Below are positions 61,290 through 64,000 of a stretch of 64,000 bases of DNA, one piece after another. The translations under genes were made by a program, and so were the position numbers. This stretch comes from Selaginella moellendorffii. Lineage: Eukaryota; Plantae; Lycopodiophyta. Position 1 is the first letter of the stretch. The number at the start of each line of letters is the position of its first letter. Where the stretch lies: positions 336,567-400,566 of the forward strand of contig NW_003314325.1 of assembly GCF_000143415.4 (NCBI RefSeq). Direction: 5' to 3'. The notes under the pieces are model-generated. The model worked only from the letters and a program-made list of their open reading frames with translations. It searched no databases and was not told the DNA's origin.

Positions 61290-63886
61290 TCTAATTGTTG
61301 TGCATTTCTGAACAGGCAAGGAATTGCGTTCTTCTTCCAGCCACTGTTAATGTGGATGCAGAGAAGGGGGAGGAGCTCACCAGTTGGACTTTCGGGATGG
61401 AAGGCGAGGATCTGAGGCTGTACAACACAGATGGTGGGAGAAAAGAATGCATGGGGATCCTCATCCAAGTGACAGACACTCCATGCAGTTCCATGCAAGA
61501 ATATGGACTGGCACTTGTGGTAGAGACAGCGTCTGCCTTCAAGATCCACCTTGCACATCTTAGCGGCTTCCTGGAGGGGGGGCAGCAGCTATGAGGAATT
61601 CCTAGAGGGAGCTAGGGAGAGGTTGTTTAGGAGGCCCACAATTTCAAAGACGCTGCGGGTCTATGAAGATCACATGGAATCCACGGACCTCACCTACGAC
61701 GATGTTCAAAAACTATATTCCAACATTGAGCCGTTGAGAGTGCCTCCAATTCGTGAAGCAAAGGGGAAGGGGGTCGATCTGGAAACTACCCTGAAGCATA
61801 AAAGGGTGGTCAAGCTCAAGCCGACATCCGACTCTCCTCCAAAAAAGAAGCTACTCAGTGACGCCATTGCTTCGGGTTCGAACACTACACCCACCAAAAA
61901 GAAGAGCCGCAAAGAGCAGAAGAGCAAGAAGAGGCAGCAAAAATCGTCGCAGATAATAGTACTTGTTACTATTCCAACAAAATATATACAATCGACGTGA
62001 GCCGTATCAACATCCAAAGCAAATACAACCACAGGCTAGTATCTGATGAGTGGGTGGAGAAACTGAAGCAGAAGATGCTGGCAAGTCCAGTAACATCCGA
62101 CATCGCAGACGTGATCCCCTACTACCAAACAATGAAGGGCAAGACGAGGTTTCCAGACTTGATCAATAGGAAGGTGTTGGACGATCAGAACATCCGGTTC
62201 TATGCCGTCTCCGGGTAGCATTCTAGCTTGGCGATGCAAGAGATAGTTGTAGATATTATGGTGGGCGAGGAGGTGAAGAAAGTCTTCAAGACAAGAGTTG
62301 TCCGCCTGATAAAAGGCAACTCGCCCCTCCGATCTATCATATACATCTCCCACGCGCAGAATGTCAAGCAAGAAACGTGCTACAAATCGGGTCTGCACGA
62401 GACATTGGCACGAACACGGAAGCTCTGGGTTCAATTGAAGAAGCCACAAAAACCAGGACAAGGACGTGCACTAGCAACTAGCGCCTGGCAGGTAAGCCTC
62501 GTTGCATGTGGCATAGCATGTGGCCTCACGCCATTTCCATTGCAGGAATTCTCGAGTCTTCTATCGAAAACACTGGGGGTCAATGACACACTCAACATCC
62601 ATAACATTCTACTCGCGACAAAAGTTGTTTTTGACAAATGGGTAGATGTGCTGAGGAGGTACCATGACGGGGAGTTACTAAACTCAATGGGTGTGGAGGA
62701 CGGCCAGAAGCCCAATGATTTGAAGCTCAACGCCTTGCGTTTCTCGCGGTCTCTAGATGGCGACGACCTTCTGACAGTGGCTAATGCTCTTCTACGTGGT
62801 GAGGTAGTCTTCAACAAAACCAAAATGACTCCCGGCCATATTGTGACATACGAGGACTTGTGCATGACTCTGAGAGCTCATGCGCTATTGAAGGATTGGA
62901 TCTTCGAGCAAGTGGCCGTGGAGAGGGTGAGCATCGACACCACACAAGAGATGATGGAAGTGCTGGATTTGTCAAATGAAGACATCGACGAGTACATGAA
63001 GGGGGCCCCCAAGTTCATCGATCTGCTGTGGGATGCCACGAAAAGTAAAGCTGAGAAGTTGGATCAGTATCCAAATTTCATTAAGAATGATGTCGACCGC
63101 CGGCTTCAGAAACAGCTCGACCCCGCAGCAGAGGCTTATCGAGAACCTTACCGGGTATACTTGAATTCGGATGAGGATCAAAGGTGGAGGAGCATCGTTT
63201 CCCGCAGAGATGAGCAGGTCAAGAACATCTTTTGTGTGATGGACTTCACAAACAAGGAGATCACTCATGCAGACGAAGTCAGCTCCATCATTGACTTAAT
63301 GGTGGGACTTGCGGAGGTGGAATCTTCAGTCCACTATATGATCTACGACTCCGAATCCTATCACAAGTTCTGGAAGGCCTTGAACGAGGTGAAGGCTTGG
63401 TTGAAAGGCAAGGAGATGCAGGAGATCCATGGGATAATGGCTAAGAAGAAGATACCGACGAATGTCCGCATCTTCACACTCGCCCTTGTTATTGGTCCTG
63501 CAGCAGAGTGGGACTGGAGTGACTTCCCAGCTTTGTTCGACAAGGCCGATCGAATTGATCTGAGGGAGGTCAATTTACCTGTGCCTGAGGAACTGAAGAC
63601 GGCTATGGAGCTTTCGAATCCAAAGAAAGCTCCAGGTGTAGCATGGGAAATGCTCAGCTGGGTCTCCAACGCAATAGCGGGTGGGTCACCTGCTTCCGAC
63701 TCCAAGGGCAAATGCGTTGTCGAGTACAACTGCGGCGGACTATTCTTTCGAGCCGCACTACTCAAGGGTGTCCCGTGTGTTGCGGTGACAAACTCCATTG
63801 AAGAGGTGACTTCAATGGAGCATATAATTACAGTTGCCAAAGAAAAACAGTATCTTCTCTGCGAACCTGGTGAGTACGCACTTTAA
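61290..63886 (+). pseudogene. Large accessory gene: basic NLS-like region, ParB/Srx-like domain, helical region, degenerate beta-class DNA amino-methyltransferase-like domain; probably continues past a splice donor at ~63870
   Basis: IDVSRINIQSKYNHRLVSDEWVEKLKQKM...FYAVSG*HSSLA; C-terminal NPKKAPGVAWEML...GKCVVEYNCGGLFFRAALLKGVPCVAV; in-frame 54-nt intron 62492-62545. Confidence 0.55.
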
Positions 63887-64000
63887 GTTTAAATGTTATC
63901 TCACAAGCTCTGTATGCAAGAGCGTGGCCACCCCCAGATGCTGAAACGGCGTTAACAGCTACTGTTGAAGATACCCATGTTGGGCCGAGCTCACAACCTG

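Larger units (their letters stand above)
54800..64000. mobile_element. Putative large multi-gene DNA transposon; termini not identified, extends beyond window
   Basis: Transposase-like gene, divergent accessory gene and a palindromic motif found only in this interval. Confidence 0.65.

Noticed and set aside
54854-62533. Palindromic repeats as a CRISPR-like array
   Set aside because: Irregular spacing, degenerate copies, eukaryotic intron-containing context and no cas-like ORFs

Overview
Eukaryotic plant nuclear DNA with very short GT-AG introns and TTTAGGG telo-boxes; a lycophyte such as Selaginella is my inference, not verified. Host genes: glycerol kinase (minus, runs off the left edge), a LITAF-domain gene, a conserved plant membrane protein (TM), fimbrin and TFIIH p52/TFB2. 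About 3.6-43.7 kb is a roughly three-fold segmental array. Each unit carries a copy of an uncharacterised beta-rich gene ('family A', MGSSLS N-terminus) facing an inverted, decayed fimbrin(+TM) copy. Transposons include a near-complete non-chromovirus Ty3/gypsy with a -1 frameshift pseudoknot and a nested solo LTR, a heavily C>T-decayed sister copy, a TRIM plus its solo LTR, a MULE relic, a chromovirus with an internal inversion and a further decayed Ty3. The most unusual part is 54.8-64 kb, an apparent >9 kb multi-gene DNA transposon. It has a Sola-like DDD transposase with extra beta-barrel domains and, divergently, a ParB-like plus degenerate DNA amino-methyltransferase-like gene. At least 17 copies of a 20-bp palindrome are spread through it, several inside introns. 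All family assignments come from motif recognition by eye; no searches were run.
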